Virus record (IMG/VR): IMGVR_UViG_3300037010_002878
Location: 1 to 64,000 of that record
Reading direction: 5' to 3' (one strand)
DNA: 64,000 bases
DNA from: an uncultured virus (IMG/VR IMGVR_UViG_3300037010_002878)
Taxonomy: Duplodnaviria > Heunggongvirae > Uroviricota > Caudoviricetes
Made by a program: the position numbers and the translations under genes. A model generated the notes under the pieces. It made no database searches, was not told the DNA's origin, and was given only the letters and a program-made list of their open reading frames with translations. Positions 25,799-36,576 of this stretch are shown here, one piece after another (positions within the stretch are counted from its first letter, which is position 1; every line of letters begins with the position of its first letter).

Positions 25799-28132
25799 TT
25801 ATAAAAATTCAACGCTATTTAATCTTGGAAGACTGTTTCTCATAAATCTAAAATTGTCTGTTTTATTAGCTAATCTTATTTTTTGTGGTTGTGAAAAATA
25901 GCTCTTTAATAATGTAGAATTAGCAAAAACGCTATTATCATTTTCTCCATTATTTATCCATAAGTCAACTCTAATGTAATTATTAGAATCTAAATCAGAA
26001 TTTCTAATGATATACATACCAACATCTTTACCTGCAAAAACTATAGGCAAAACTACTAAATTTGATAACTCAGAAATTTCATTTATTTCATATGGAACAG
26101 TAACATCAATGGAATGTTTTATTCTAGTAAAGTCTACAACTAATGAATGATCTACAGAGTTTGTAGAGCTTTTAATAAAATCTACAGTGTCTATATTTGG
26201 CAAGTTTTCTGGAATAACTAATTTTTGCACGGTATTATCATATAAGTCTTCAAATGGAAATTCTAAATAAAATTGAAACATGTAATTGTCATTAACTTTA
26301 ATGAAATTTCCTGAGCTTAAATTTATTGAAAATTCAGCATCAATTTCAACTCCAGATATATTACCTAATTGATTATCAACCATTCTAATTATGTTAGAAT
26401 TAAAATATTCAACATTGAACTCATTCATATCAGATTTAAAATAAGAATTAATTACATTAAATATAGCTTGTTGAGTATTTTTTCTGTCAGTCAAATATCT
26501 CATAACTTTTATTTTGTAATCAACATCTATAAAGACTGGGTTTCTATGAATCAAACTCATAGTCATTATTTTATAACGTTCTAAGTACTTAATTATATCA
26601 GAAATATTAGTTTCTGTCAAGTAAAAATTGGTGTCATAATAAGAAGCTGAATCTGGTTCTAAAGCTACACCATTTTGGTCATATAGATCCGTTTTCTCTA
26701 ATCTATAAACATTATTATAATTATCATGATTAAATTTATCTAAAAATTGTGCGGTTACAGCTGACAAGAATGATAAATAGACGTTTCCAATTTCTTTTTC
26801 TATTTTTTGTTCCCCACCCCAAACAGCACATCTTTGTATTTCAGTTCGTCTTTCACATATAGCTTGGTAATCTCTAGCAGTAACTGCTCGGTTTGCAGTG
26901 TTGTAAAAAACTGGAGCATTTATTTTTATGCTCTCATTAGATTCTTCATCTGAACCTACTGAAACCATTATAGGTGCAGAACCAGTTTCTAAAACTAGAT
27001 TTTCTTTTAACAATTCATCTTCTATTTCAATGGATGTAATGTCATTGCCTAAAGATCCAGATGATTTTAATACATTAACGCTAACTTTAGATCCTGGATA
27101 TAAATTTTTTCCAGTTCTTCCATAACTAAAATATAATCTTAAAAAATTAGTGTCAAAATCTAACAAAGGTAAAAAACTATCTTTATTGTTATCAACTTCA
27201 TCATCAACTACAAAATATGTACGTTTAGTGAATGGTCTAGATTTCATAGGATCTACGGATTGAATATCTAACAGTGGATTATTTTTATAGTTTTTAATTA
27301 CACTATTTGTTGAATTTCTCCAAGAACTTAAAAATTCCCATTCACCTTTCATAAGGTTAGATGAACCTTCAGCTTTTGCTATATAAATGTTAGTTTCTTG
27401 AGCGATATCTTTAATTAAGCCATTTGAATTAGCTGTTCTCACCCACAATGAGTTTTTAGGAACCATTGTAGGAATTTCTTCCTGAAAATATACATTTATG
27501 TCATCTGGAGAGGTTACAAAAACTTCGATTCCATCTTCTTCGATATTTTCTTCATAGATCAATACCGATGATTCTACTTTTATTTCTCCATTATAATCTA
27601 CAAAGGTATTAATTACATAATTAAAATCATCTCTATCAGTATTTTTAATTAAAATACCTTCTTTGACTTTCAATTTTATTCTTGAATTTTCGTTGTAATT
27701 TAAAATATCTTGTTTAGTTATAGTTCTTTCAAAATCTTCACCCATGTAATAACAGTAAAGATTATTAGAAGCTTTGAAACGAGTGTATTTAGAAATTCTA
27801 AAGGTAATTTCATTGGCTGGCCAATCATTGATATTTAGTTTAGGAACTAATGTTATTTCAAATTCTGCAGATTTTCTTCTTAACGCCTCATAACCTAAAT
27901 TTCTAGCCACTTTGAGAATATTTGTGCGATCTACAGCATCTGTAAGCAACATCTCATTAATACCAAAAGATGTATTTGCATTAACAATTTGAGCTGCTGA
28001 AGCTAATAATGTTATCAACACAGAAATGTTAGAACCTTCATAATCAACATCTTTAAATACATCAGACTCTTTCATTTTATTTTTTAAAGATTCTTTTATT
28101 TCTTCAAAATTGAATGGAACTACTTCTAACAT
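25799..28132 (-). CDS. gp6: Baseplate wedge subunit, gp6-like
   Basis: DYEGSNISVL, ARNLGY, ESNESIKINAP...NRAVTARDY, AVWGGE. Confidence 0.93.
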   Translation of the reverse strand: MLEVVPFNFEEIKESLKNKMKESDVFKDVDYEGSNISVLITLLASAAQIVNANTSFGINEMLLTDAVDRTNILKVARNLGYEALRRKSAEFEITLVPKLNINDWPANEITFRISKYTRFKASNNLYCYYMGEDFERTITKQDILNYNENSRIKLKVKEGILIKNTDRDDFNYVINTFVDYNGEIKVESSVLIYEENIEEDGIEVFVTSPDDINVYFQEEIPTMVPKNSLWVRTANSNGLIKDIAQETNIYIAKAEGSSNLMKGEWEFLSSWRNSTNSVIKNYKNNPLLDIQSVDPMKSRPFTKRTYFVVDDEVDNNKDSFLPLLDFDTNFLRLYFSYGRTGKNLYPGSKVSVNVLKSSGSLGNDITSIEIEDELLKENLVLETGSAPIMVSVGSDEESNESIKINAPVFYNTANRAVTARDYQAICERRTEIQRCAVWGGEQKIEKEIGNVYLSFLSAVTAQFLDKFNHDNYNNVYRLEKTDLYDQNGVALEPDSASYYDTNFYLTETNISDIIKYLERYKIMTMSLIHRNPVFIDVDYKIKVMRYLTDRKNTQQAIFNVINSYFKSDMNEFNVEYFNSNIIRMVDNQLGNISGVEIDAEFSINLSSGNFIKVNDNYMFQFYLEFPFEDLYDNTVQKLVIPENLPNIDTVDFIKSSTNSVDHSLVVDFTRIKHSIDVTVPYEINEISELSNLVVLPIVFAGKDVGMYIIRNSDLDSNNYIRVDLWINNGENDNSVFANSTLLKSYFSQPQKIRLANKTDNFRFMRNSLPRLNSVEFL

Positions 28133-28506
28133 TAATAAACTCCTTTTTCTAACAAGATTCTAACGGAATCTTGGGTTTCTTCAAAACTTTCTAAAATTGT
28201 ATAAAAAATATTACAAAATAATTCATTATTATCTGTTAATATTATGGACACTGAATCTACTTTTATTCTCGGTTCGTGATTTTTTAAAACTGTTTTTATT
28301 TCCAATTCTAAATTTATTTGATCTGCTAGATTCATATTTTTGAACAAATAGCCAGTAACTCTAGAACCTAACAAGACATTACCCATCAAAGTATTTTTCT
28401 TTATCAATATTAGATTTTTTATAGAATTTCTTATACTATCTTTGTCAATTATAGAATGAGTCACGAAATCCGGAGATATATCAGAATATTTCATTAACAA
28501 CTCCAT
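28132..28506 (-). CDS. gp25: Baseplate wedge/sheath initiator, gp25-like
   Basis: SIRNSIKNLI...GS....LF...IKTVLKNHEPRIKV. Confidence 0.9.
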   Translation of the reverse strand: MELLMKYSDISPDFVTHSIIDKDSIRNSIKNLILIKKNTLMGNVLLGSRVTGYLFKNMNLADQINLELEIKTVLKNHEPRIKVDSVSIILTDNNELFCNIFYTILESFEETQDSVRILLEKGVY

Positions 28507-28522
28507 CTTTTTAATTATTTAT

Positions 28523-28771
28523 TCAATTAAGAAAGATTCCGCCATCAATAGTTTTTATAACCACATTAGTTCCAGAAACTAACCCTAATTCTTTATCAGA
28601 ACCTAAAATTATTTTAGATTTAAACTTAACCACGGTATAACCATCAACTTCATCTATAGATTCAAATATAGATAATACTTTATCTATCTTCTCCTCTAAA
28701 GATAAAATACTAAGATTTCCTTTAGGTAAATCAGGTAGAGATGTCGCTTTTAAAGAAAATTCTTCATTCAT
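28523..28771 (-). CDS. Hypothetical protein
   Basis: 82-aa ORF with RBS in the baseplate operon. Confidence 0.6.
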   Translation of the reverse strand: MNEEFSLKATSLPDLPKGNLSILSLEEKIDKVLSIFESIDEVDGYTVVKFKSKIILGSDKELGLVSGTNVVIKTIDGGIFLN

Positions 28772-28780
28772 TATAGTCCT

Positions 28781-29059
28781 TTAGTTAGCAAATACATTAG
28801 ATGACCCCATAGCAGACATAGATCCACAATCCACAGAATCCCCTATTCTAATACATGGTTTTCCATTAACAAACACTTTGTTAGATCCTTTACAAAATGT
28901 TCCAGAATGACAAGTAACACAACAATGAGTAGTTACCGGATCTTGAAGCCTAGCTGTAGGAATGTTATTAGTAAAAACATTGTTGGACCCCATTTGAATT
29001 ACATGAGATGACCAACAAGGATGATTACAAGTATCACCCTGTCTAGATACTGGTGGCAT
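28781..29059 (-). CDS. PAAR spike-tip protein (gp5.4-like)
   Basis: PVSRQGD, VFTNNIPTARLQD, VFVNGKPCIRIGD..CG...GS.NVF. Confidence 0.93.
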   Translation of the reverse strand: MPPVSRQGDTCNHPCWSSHVIQMGSNNVFTNNIPTARLQDPVTTHCCVTCHSGTFCKGSNKVFVNGKPCIRIGDSVDCGSMSAMGSSNVFAN

Positions 29060-29080
29060 AATGTTATCCTTTTAAAATAT

Positions 29081-32000
29081 TTATTGAGGATTTATAGTTA
29101 TAATAATTTTTCCTAGATTAGATTCTACATTCATTTCATCTTTAACTTTGAAAAATATTGTTATGATCTCAGGATTTGTTATTGTCGAATACGAAGATGG
29201 TGTTACTGTAATTATGTTATTATTAATAGCTATCCCAGCATCGTCTCCAGTTATTGAGATACTATTTGGTTCTACAAGTAATACATCATCGTCAAAATCA
29301 ATAGCATATTTTAGCATATCTATATTGGAAGATGCATCAGTTTTTATAAAACTAACCCCATAATCTTGTGTTATTTCTGGGGCGTGATTAACTCCAGTTA
29401 TTTTAAAATTCAATGTTCCTAAATCTGAAAACCCACCATTCAAATCATTAGCTTTATAATTAGCTGATATATTTTGAACTTCACCTCTTTTCAAAACATT
29501 ATAATATTTGGATGGATTTATCACAAACTTTGTAACGTTTGCAGATAATGAATTTTTCGGATCTGTAAATTTCACGTAATCTGAAATATTTAAAATATCT
29601 CCATCAAAATCTGTAGCTAAATCTGATAATAAAATATCAGTGGAATTAACATCTGCAAAGAAATTATAATTTTTAATAACCTCATTTAAAACTGGAGCGT
29701 GATTGATACCAGTTATTGAAATAGTCAATCCAGTGAACGCTTTAGGTGAATAACCATCTGTTATTGAATAAGTATAATTTATAATTTCTGTTTCAGATCT
29801 TTTTAATATATCTTTATAATATGATGGCAGCACATTCAATATATTAGATGTTGTAAAATATTTTTCAATACCAGACTGACCAGCTTTATCATTATCAGTC
29901 AAACATTCTATATCTGATACAAACAATTCATCATTTTCTGGATCTGAAGCATTTTGCAATAAATTTATAGATTGAGTAGTCAACACATCTGCGCTATAAA
30001 CCACATTGATTGGCCCTGATATAACAGGTCTATCATTGACGGGAGTGATATATATAGTCCATAACGAAACGCTAGATGCTCCTTTAGAATCAATTACTTT
30101 ATAACTGAAACTAAATGAACCATTTACATTTTGATCTGGATAAAAATAATAATCACCTTTATTTCCAATCAATTTTAACAAACCAAATCCAGATATATGA
30201 ACATCAACACTAGCTAAATTAGGGTTCGTAGAAATTTCTGTTCCATTTATTTTGATGCTATCTAGATAGAAACTATCACCATCAATATCAAAAACACCAT
30301 TCAACATATTTCCAGTAATTGCAGTATCTTCAGCTGTATTTATTACTACTGGAGCAATAATAGGAGGGTTATTTGATAACAAAGGAGTCCAAACGAAATT
30401 AGTTCCATTATATGAATATACTTTTTGTCTAATACCTAAAGCAGAATCACTAGAATCTAACCAAATATCTCCAATATTAGTCCATGATTGATACTCATTC
30501 CAAGTAGCAGCTGGGTCTATTCCATCATTAGATGAGTATGTATTTGTTTTGTTATCAATATTAGAAAAAACCGAAGCATCTAATGTTAAAGTTACATTTA
30601 TGGGATCTTCATTTAAATCCCTAAAAATTTGAACAGTACTTCCAATCTCTTTCCATTCATAAGTGAATGTAGATGAAGTGCTACCCAGTAATCTCAAATA
30701 CATGTAAACTTTATGTGTAGTACTATCTTGCCAAACATCGCCATGAAATAAATTCAAAGAAGGATTTTCGGAAACTTCGTTTGTTATTTGAATGTGTGGA
30801 TTAGAAAAAGCTAAATAAACTTTGCCGTCCCCTATTCTAATTATATTTTTACCTGGGTAATCATAAGATTTTTTGGTTCCGTAATATAAAGCATCTGATA
30901 ATGAATTTTTTATAATGAAATCATTATATTTTGAATCCATTTCCGTAATCTTTTCGGTTAAGTTAGTAATAAATTCATCAAAGTTTTTGAATTCATCATA
31001 AAATTGTTTTATATGATAATTAAATGAATTAATTTTTGAAATATCTGTGCTTATAAATTCATTGCTATTGTTTATGTCATTGTTCTTTATATTTTCATAA
31101 TCATATGATGATAATGGAAAAGTAAGAGTTATATTCCCATTTATACCATCATTTTTAGTGAAGCTATTTGTTTTATTAGCAATAGCGTCTTTACCAGCTT
31201 CAATAATCCATTTTAATCTACCAATTTTGTTTGGATTATTATCCAAAATCTCATATAATGTGTATAAATTTACAGTTCTTAAGTCATATGAATTCATAAA
31301 AGTTAAATAATCTTGTATTACTGATGGGGTTTCTCCCGTCTCAGCTAATCTAGATAATGAATCAGTATATTTAGCTATTGTTATAGTCTTTTTATAAATT
31401 GAATTATCATAGTCAGTTTTAGCTCTAATCAATATTTTTTCTAGATTTGGAATATCTTGAAGAGTTATGAATGAATTATCACCCTTTTTGCTTTTATTAT
31501 CTAAAATGAAATTGAATGGGGCTACATGATTTGCCCAACCTTGAATCATTACATCAGAAAACAATTCTGGAATTATTTCATGTGTTTTTATATATAATGT
31601 TCCATTTCTTTTATCTTCTACATTATCACCAGCTAGAATATCTAAATTCATAAAATCTATATCAGATTCTACATACCATGTTCTAGGAACTTTTTTTACT
31701 GTTTTTGATATATCATCATTTAATGTCCAAATACCACCAGCAGCTAAACACGCTTCTTTAGTATCATTTCCTGAAATAGAACAAAAACCTTGAGTTTGTA
31801 ATTCTGAAGTTCCAATATCTCCAGCTTCAGCAACTAAAGCATTTACTAGTCTAGATTGCATATCTACCAATTCTTGGTCATATCTAACACCAGCGTCATA
31901 CATATAACCAAAATCTGGGTCATATTCCGCACTATCAATATTCACTTTACTATACTTCAAAATATCTGCTAAAGATATATTTTCTGTCGGATATCTAGTC

Positions 32001-32614
32001 AATTGAACTTCATTTAAAGCTTTTATATTTCTAGTGCCATTAGATTTATTTCCGTACATTTTTCCGATTATTCTTTCGGTTTTTCTTAAATGACCTTCCA
32101 TATAAGACGGAAACGATGTTGAAGGTGAAAAATTAGGTGTTTGAGATAATAATGTAACTAGATCGCCAAAATTACAATCAATATCAAAATCTCCTATTCC
32201 TTTAAGAAAGTCTAAAAGTGAATATATCTGAAGCATGAAATTTTTCATCATGTTTACAAAATTCATAAGACCATTTATCATAGAACATGCAGAATTTATT
32301 AAATTGTTTGCTTTTGTTAACGCTGCTGAAGGATTAGTTCCAAGTAATTCTGTCATGGAATCATCCATGAAGTCACCCATAGCTATTCTTCCTGCAAAAT
32401 CAAAAGTACTCCAATGTACGGTACAAGATGCTGAATTTAATAAGCTTCTTATTTGATTATACTGACTAAGTGCCTCAGTTAAAAATCCAGTTTGACTTAT
32501 ACAACTAGTTTTTGCTGTTCTTAATATACCATTAAGTGCATCTAACTGAGGAGTTCCCGGACCAGAAGTAGAGATCTTTTCAGTTATGGTAGTTATCATT
32601 TTAGCTGTAGCCAT
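29081..32614 (-). CDS. Large virion protein with C-terminal cadherin/Ig-like (tandem-95/VCBS-type) repeats
   Basis: NNPPI..NTAED..DIDGD, VNDRPV..DPEND, INHAPV..DFDGD, VNHAPE..DFDDD repeats. Confidence 0.75.
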   Translation of the reverse strand: MATAKMITTITEKISTSGPGTPQLDALNGILRTAKTSCISQTGFLTEALSQYNQIRSLLNSASCTVHWSTFDFAGRIAMGDFMDDSMTELLGTNPSAALTKANNLINSACSMINGLMNFVNMMKNFMLQIYSLLDFLKGIGDFDIDCNFGDLVTLLSQTPNFSPSTSFPSYMEGHLRKTERIIGKMYGNKSNGTRNIKALNEVQLTRYPTENISLADILKYSKVNIDSAEYDPDFGYMYDAGVRYDQELVDMQSRLVNALVAEAGDIGTSELQTQGFCSISGNDTKEACLAAGGIWTLNDDISKTVKKVPRTWYVESDIDFMNLDILAGDNVEDKRNGTLYIKTHEIIPELFSDVMIQGWANHVAPFNFILDNKSKKGDNSFITLQDIPNLEKILIRAKTDYDNSIYKKTITIAKYTDSLSRLAETGETPSVIQDYLTFMNSYDLRTVNLYTLYEILDNNPNKIGRLKWIIEAGKDAIANKTNSFTKNDGINGNITLTFPLSSYDYENIKNNDINNSNEFISTDISKINSFNYHIKQFYDEFKNFDEFITNLTEKITEMDSKYNDFIIKNSLSDALYYGTKKSYDYPGKNIIRIGDGKVYLAFSNPHIQITNEVSENPSLNLFHGDVWQDSTTHKVYMYLRLLGSTSSTFTYEWKEIGSTVQIFRDLNEDPINVTLTLDASVFSNIDNKTNTYSSNDGIDPAATWNEYQSWTNIGDIWLDSSDSALGIRQKVYSYNGTNFVWTPLLSNNPPIIAPVVINTAEDTAITGNMLNGVFDIDGDSFYLDSIKINGTEISTNPNLASVDVHISGFGLLKLIGNKGDYYFYPDQNVNGSFSFSYKVIDSKGASSVSLWTIYITPVNDRPVISGPINVVYSADVLTTQSINLLQNASDPENDELFVSDIECLTDNDKAGQSGIEKYFTTSNILNVLPSYYKDILKRSETEIINYTYSITDGYSPKAFTGLTISITGINHAPVLNEVIKNYNFFADVNSTDILLSDLATDFDGDILNISDYVKFTDPKNSLSANVTKFVINPSKYYNVLKRGEVQNISANYKANDLNGGFSDLGTLNFKITGVNHAPEITQDYGVSFIKTDASSNIDMLKYAIDFDDDVLLVEPNSISITGDDAGIAINNNIITVTPSSYSTITNPEIITIFFKVKDEMNVESNLGKIIITINPQ

Positions 32615-32623
32615 TGTGTTCCT

Positions 32624-33601
32624 TTATCCTAAATAGACATAGCTGTCTATAAAAACAGCACTTGCATGAATTTTTGCTTTTGGGTTAGCGTTCATATTAA
32701 ATCCGCCTGAAATATTAACATCTTCTTTTCCACAAACTTTTCTAGTAACGTTACCAGAAATTCCTTCGGTTTGATTACCAACAATAGCTTGTTCCACATT
32801 ACCTTTTACTAAGGTTTCACGATTTCCATCAATACCAGTTTTTTCATTACCCACAACTCTTTTTAATTTATTGCCTTTAATATTTTCATAATCATCAGCT
32901 TCTACGAATCTTTCAAAGTTTTTTACAGTTTTTAACGTTAAAGTTCCCGTATTTTCTATCTCATAATATGTGTGAGATGAATGAAAAACACGTATTCTAT
33001 TATTTCCTGCAGTATCATCTATTTCAAAAACATGACCAGCTGAAGTTTCCTGAACGGCAACATCTGGATATTTTGATGCATCATTTTTTGAAGGTTTCTC
33101 TTTAAAATAAAAGGAAACGCTTGTTCCACAAGCTGCTCCAGATTCATCACATTCAGTTAAAGAATCATTTATTATCTTATGCGGTGTTTTATCTAACTCT
33201 TGAACTCTAGAACATCTATGAGTGCTTAATTGATTATAATCTTGTTCTTTAGGATATACACCTGATGGGTCACTAAAACCTTTAGATAAATCTGGTTTTC
33301 CTTGGTTTAAAAACGGAATTCTTGCAAAAATTATGGGACGATTTTCATCATCTCTATCAAAGAAACACCAGACCCAATCTCCAGGTAAAGGAATGCTTTG
33401 GTCTCCCCTAGTTGTAGGAAATGCTAATTCAGCCCATGGGAGAGCCTCTGTAGGTAATTTTTTCTTATCTTCAGTGTGAATGCTTACTATTCTAATCTTA
33501 CATCTATTCAATAATTCAGGATCTTTATTATCTTCTACTAATGCTCTGTAAAATATATAATTAGGATTGACAGTATCTTTTAATCTTTGAAAGTCATCCA
33601 T
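32624..33601 (-). CDS. gp5: Baseplate hub spike, gp5-like (OB fold plus beta-helix, no lysozyme domain)
   Basis: VEDNKDPELLNRCKIRI..LPWA, ETSAGHVFEIDDT, VxGN beta-helix repeats. Confidence 0.92.
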   Translation of the reverse strand: MDDFQRLKDTVNPNYIFYRALVEDNKDPELLNRCKIRIVSIHTEDKKKLPTEALPWAELAFPTTRGDQSIPLPGDWVWCFFDRDDENRPIIFARIPFLNQGKPDLSKGFSDPSGVYPKEQDYNQLSTHRCSRVQELDKTPHKIINDSLTECDESGAACGTSVSFYFKEKPSKNDASKYPDVAVQETSAGHVFEIDDTAGNNRIRVFHSSHTYYEIENTGTLTLKTVKNFERFVEADDYENIKGNKLKRVVGNEKTGIDGNRETLVKGNVEQAIVGNQTEGISGNVTRKVCGKEDVNISGGFNMNANPKAKIHASAVFIDSYVYLG

Positions 33602-33622
33602 TATATACTCCTTTTTTAATAT

Positions 33623-34831
33623 TTATTTAGGTTTTACAGGCGCAGTATCTGTTTTCATTATTCTAGGTCTAGCTAAAGTAACTATTTGATAAAAAGAAGG
33701 AGGTTGAATCACATCTTGTATTCCAATTACCAACCACACTCCAGACATTTCTTCATCAACTTCATCAGTTCTTCCACCCGTTGAATAAACACAAGTTTCC
33801 AATAAAGTACCTATTTCCAAAGTAAAGTCACCATAAATCATAATTTTAATTTTATGCCGTTGTACAACTTTAGATAAATATGTGTGAATTATTCTACCTT
33901 CAGGAGATACATCATTTAACCTAGTATCGTTTTCACCAATTTTAGCATGATAATCATACGGTTTATTAATTTTCTTTTTGTATCCAAAATTTTTTTCATA
34001 TTCTGGAAGATCTATATCCACTCTTTGGGGAAATGCATAAAATTGTGAAAACCATTCTTTTTTCAAAGTGTCATCTTGTAGATCTATTATCTCTGGCGGT
34101 AACTTATGTACCTCATCAATTTTATAATAATAATTATCATTTGGAGCTACTACATGATATATATCTGGTCTAGGTTCTTTATCTTTAAAGATTTCTTTTA
34201 AAAATGTTAATTGTCTATTTTTTCTATCAGTGAAACAAAGCAAACCTTCTTCATAATATTTATCTTTTAAATTTCTGAATAATGATTTTTTCCCATTTAA
34301 TATATAACTATAAGTCTTACAAAAATCTGTAGGTATCTCCCAATCTTTAGTAGAATTTATAAACTCATGATGTCCATTGACTGGCTTATCTAATTTATAA
34401 TCCGGGTCTGTTTTTATCGCATTCCATATTTCATCAGTTCTTTTTAATGAATAACCCTTGCTATCAAATATCTGAGACATCTTATAAGAGTATGGATCCA
34501 TCATAGCTGCGGTAATGCGTTTTCTATCTCTTTTTACAGTTTCTACATTAAAATCAGTGACTATGAAAATATATTTAAATTTATTTTTTTGTGTATCTAC
34601 TAAATTAACTTCAAAAGTAACTCCAGGTTCTATAGGCATTGTTTCATGAAATGATAGATAATCCTGAAAAGATAATGTGCTACCCACAAGTCCATTCATC
34701 TTTAAAAGATCCCAATGAATAACAAACATATCTATCCAACTTGGTTCTACAAAATATTTTTCACCAGCTTTGTTTTTAAAAAAGAATTCACATTCTTTTA
34801 TGAATAATTCAGATAATGGGCTCGCTTTCAT
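33623..34831 (-). CDS. Baseplate hub protein, gp27-like (putative)
   Basis: Position; C-terminal YGDFTLEIG...SGVWLV..I.....F motif. Confidence 0.6.
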   Translation of the reverse strand: MKASPLSELFIKECEFFFKNKAGEKYFVEPSWIDMFVIHWDLLKMNGLVGSTLSFQDYLSFHETMPIEPGVTFEVNLVDTQKNKFKYIFIVTDFNVETVKRDRKRITAAMMDPYSYKMSQIFDSKGYSLKRTDEIWNAIKTDPDYKLDKPVNGHHEFINSTKDWEIPTDFCKTYSYILNGKKSLFRNLKDKYYEEGLLCFTDRKNRQLTFLKEIFKDKEPRPDIYHVVAPNDNYYYKIDEVHKLPPEIIDLQDDTLKKEWFSQFYAFPQRVDIDLPEYEKNFGYKKKINKPYDYHAKIGENDTRLNDVSPEGRIIHTYLSKVVQRHKIKIMIYGDFTLEIGTLLETCVYSTGGRTDEVDEEMSGVWLVIGIQDVIQPPSFYQIVTLARPRIMKTDTAPVKPK

Positions 34832-35655
34832 TAAAGTCCTTTGTTTATGAAATCTAGAATTTTTGCTAAATATTCTCTTTTAGGATATTTAATGTATCTA
34901 TATTGTTCATTTTTAATCAATTCATCATTCATCATTTTATCATAAACATTCTTAACCATTGTTGAAGTATTTTTATTAATTAATTTTTCAGCATCTTTTT
35001 GTTTAATAGGAACCCATGTTCCTTTAGGTTCAATGCCATCTTCTACTAAATCTAAAATTATTTCTTGAATTTTAAATATTTCTTCTCTAATATCATATAT
35101 TTCTTGTCTTAAATTTTTTCTTCTAAATACACCGTATTCGGACCCGTCATCTTTTATAGATTCATACTCTGATTCTAACAATGTTAATTTAAGAGTTTTT
35201 TCGTCTATTTGTTTGTTGTACTCAGATTGTTTGGTAATAAGTTCTTTATTTTCTATTCTTGTAGAATATTCATCAGCAACAAACATGTACCAAATATTAT
35301 CTTTAATCATTATATCTGGAACGTCTATGTCTTTACCTTTTCTTAAGTAACGTTCTAACCATTTATTAAACTTAACATCAACCAAATCTGAAACTACATA
35401 AGTGGATTTAGGTAATACTAAAGGGTCGTTAATTTTATTGTATATCATCAAGATATCCCAATAATCGGTTACTCCATATATTCCTAATGAACATAATTCA
35501 AAAGTTAAATCATCATCTACTAAAATTTTATTATAATAATCATCTTTAAAATACTCATCAGGAATTAAATTCAAATTTCTAGTAAAATTTTTAAAGGAAA
35601 ATTCTCCATATTTAGATGTTGTTACAATATCATCAAATTTTATTCTAGATTTCAT
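34831..35655 (-). CDS. gp53: Baseplate wedge subunit, gp53-like
   Basis: E..S..IYG..DYWDILMIYNKINDP.LP and NEQYR.IK motifs. Confidence 0.8.
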   Translation of the reverse strand: MKSRIKFDDIVTTSKYGEFSFKNFTRNLNLIPDEYFKDDYYNKILVDDDLTFELCSLGIYGVTDYWDILMIYNKINDPLVLPKSTYVVSDLVDVKFNKWLERYLRKGKDIDVPDIMIKDNIWYMFVADEYSTRIENKELITKQSEYNKQIDEKTLKLTLLESEYESIKDDGSEYGVFRRKNLRQEIYDIREEIFKIQEIILDLVEDGIEPKGTWVPIKQKDAEKLINKNTSTMVKNVYDKMMNDELIKNEQYRYIKYPKREYLAKILDFINKGL

Positions 35656-35664
35656 ATTTGTTCC

Positions 35665-36564
35665 TTAAATTTTATCAGTTTTTCCTACACTTACACCTGA
35701 AGAAGTTTTTAACCAATCCTGGGCATATAATGTATAACGCTCTTTAAATGTCATAGAAATAGATACTTTTTTTGGCATACCATCTTTGAAAAATGCGGCA
35801 TAACCATCTTCAAAAAATGATGTACTAAAATTAACCAATACACAATCTATAGGCATTAGCATATCATTAATATGAGGATTAGCAAAATTTATAATGAACA
35901 CATGAGGCTCTTTTATAAATGCATTAATATTATTAACTCCTATAGCTTGAAGACCCTCACTTACGCTAGCAGTCATATCCCCTGATGTTTGAGATTTTAT
36001 ACCAGTTCCAAATACTCTAAAGAATTTAATTATATTTTTTATTGCAGTTGCATCCGCAGCTGACTCAGGTAACAATGTAAAATTGAAAGTAAATTCCCTT
36101 AGTCCTTCTCCAGTGTATTCCAATCTAGTGTTTGGATCTATACCAACTCCGGTTGTTCGTCTTGATAATTTACTAATAAGCCCATTAGATGCGACCAATC
36201 CTCCAACGGTAGACGCTGCTCCTGCAATTTTTGAAGCAACACCACCCAATGCAGATCCAACCTCTCCGGCAAATTCTTGAACAGAGTCTGTTATTGAATA
36301 TGTAGACCACATATGCTCTTGAGCATCTTGTATTTGATTAGGCATAGGCAAAACCACAGAACCTTTTATTTCTAAAGCAGGTGCTAAAGCTTTATATCGT
36401 TTATCACCTTTTTTAGAATCTTCATTTTCATATGCTGCAGTTATACATATATATGGCTCCTGTTCTAATGCTGCAGTTCTCGTTGGAAAAATTAAGCCTT
36501 TAGGTGTACTTGATTTATTATTTGAAGTTGTTCCGCCTAAAGATGTTGTCTTAGCATTATTCAT
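35665..36564 (-). CDS. gp48: Baseplate tail-tube cap, gp48-like
   Basis: LPMPNQIQD, DPN...Y.G..LREFTFNFTLLPES, DGMP...SMTFKE. Confidence 0.88.
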   Translation of the reverse strand: MNNAKTTSLGGTTSNNKSSTPKGLIFPTRTAALEQEPYICITAAYENEDSKKGDKRYKALAPALEIKGSVVLPMPNQIQDAQEHMWSTYSITDSVQEFAGEVGSALGGVASKIAGAASTVGGLVASNGLISKLSRRTTGVGIDPNTRLEYTGEGLREFTFNFTLLPESAADATAIKNIIKFFRVFGTGIKSQTSGDMTASVSEGLQAIGVNNINAFIKEPHVFIINFANPHINDMLMPIDCVLVNFSTSFFEDGYAAFFKDGMPKKVSISMTFKERYTLYAQDWLKTSSGVSVGKTDKI

Positions 36565-36576
36565 TTTTCCCTCTTA

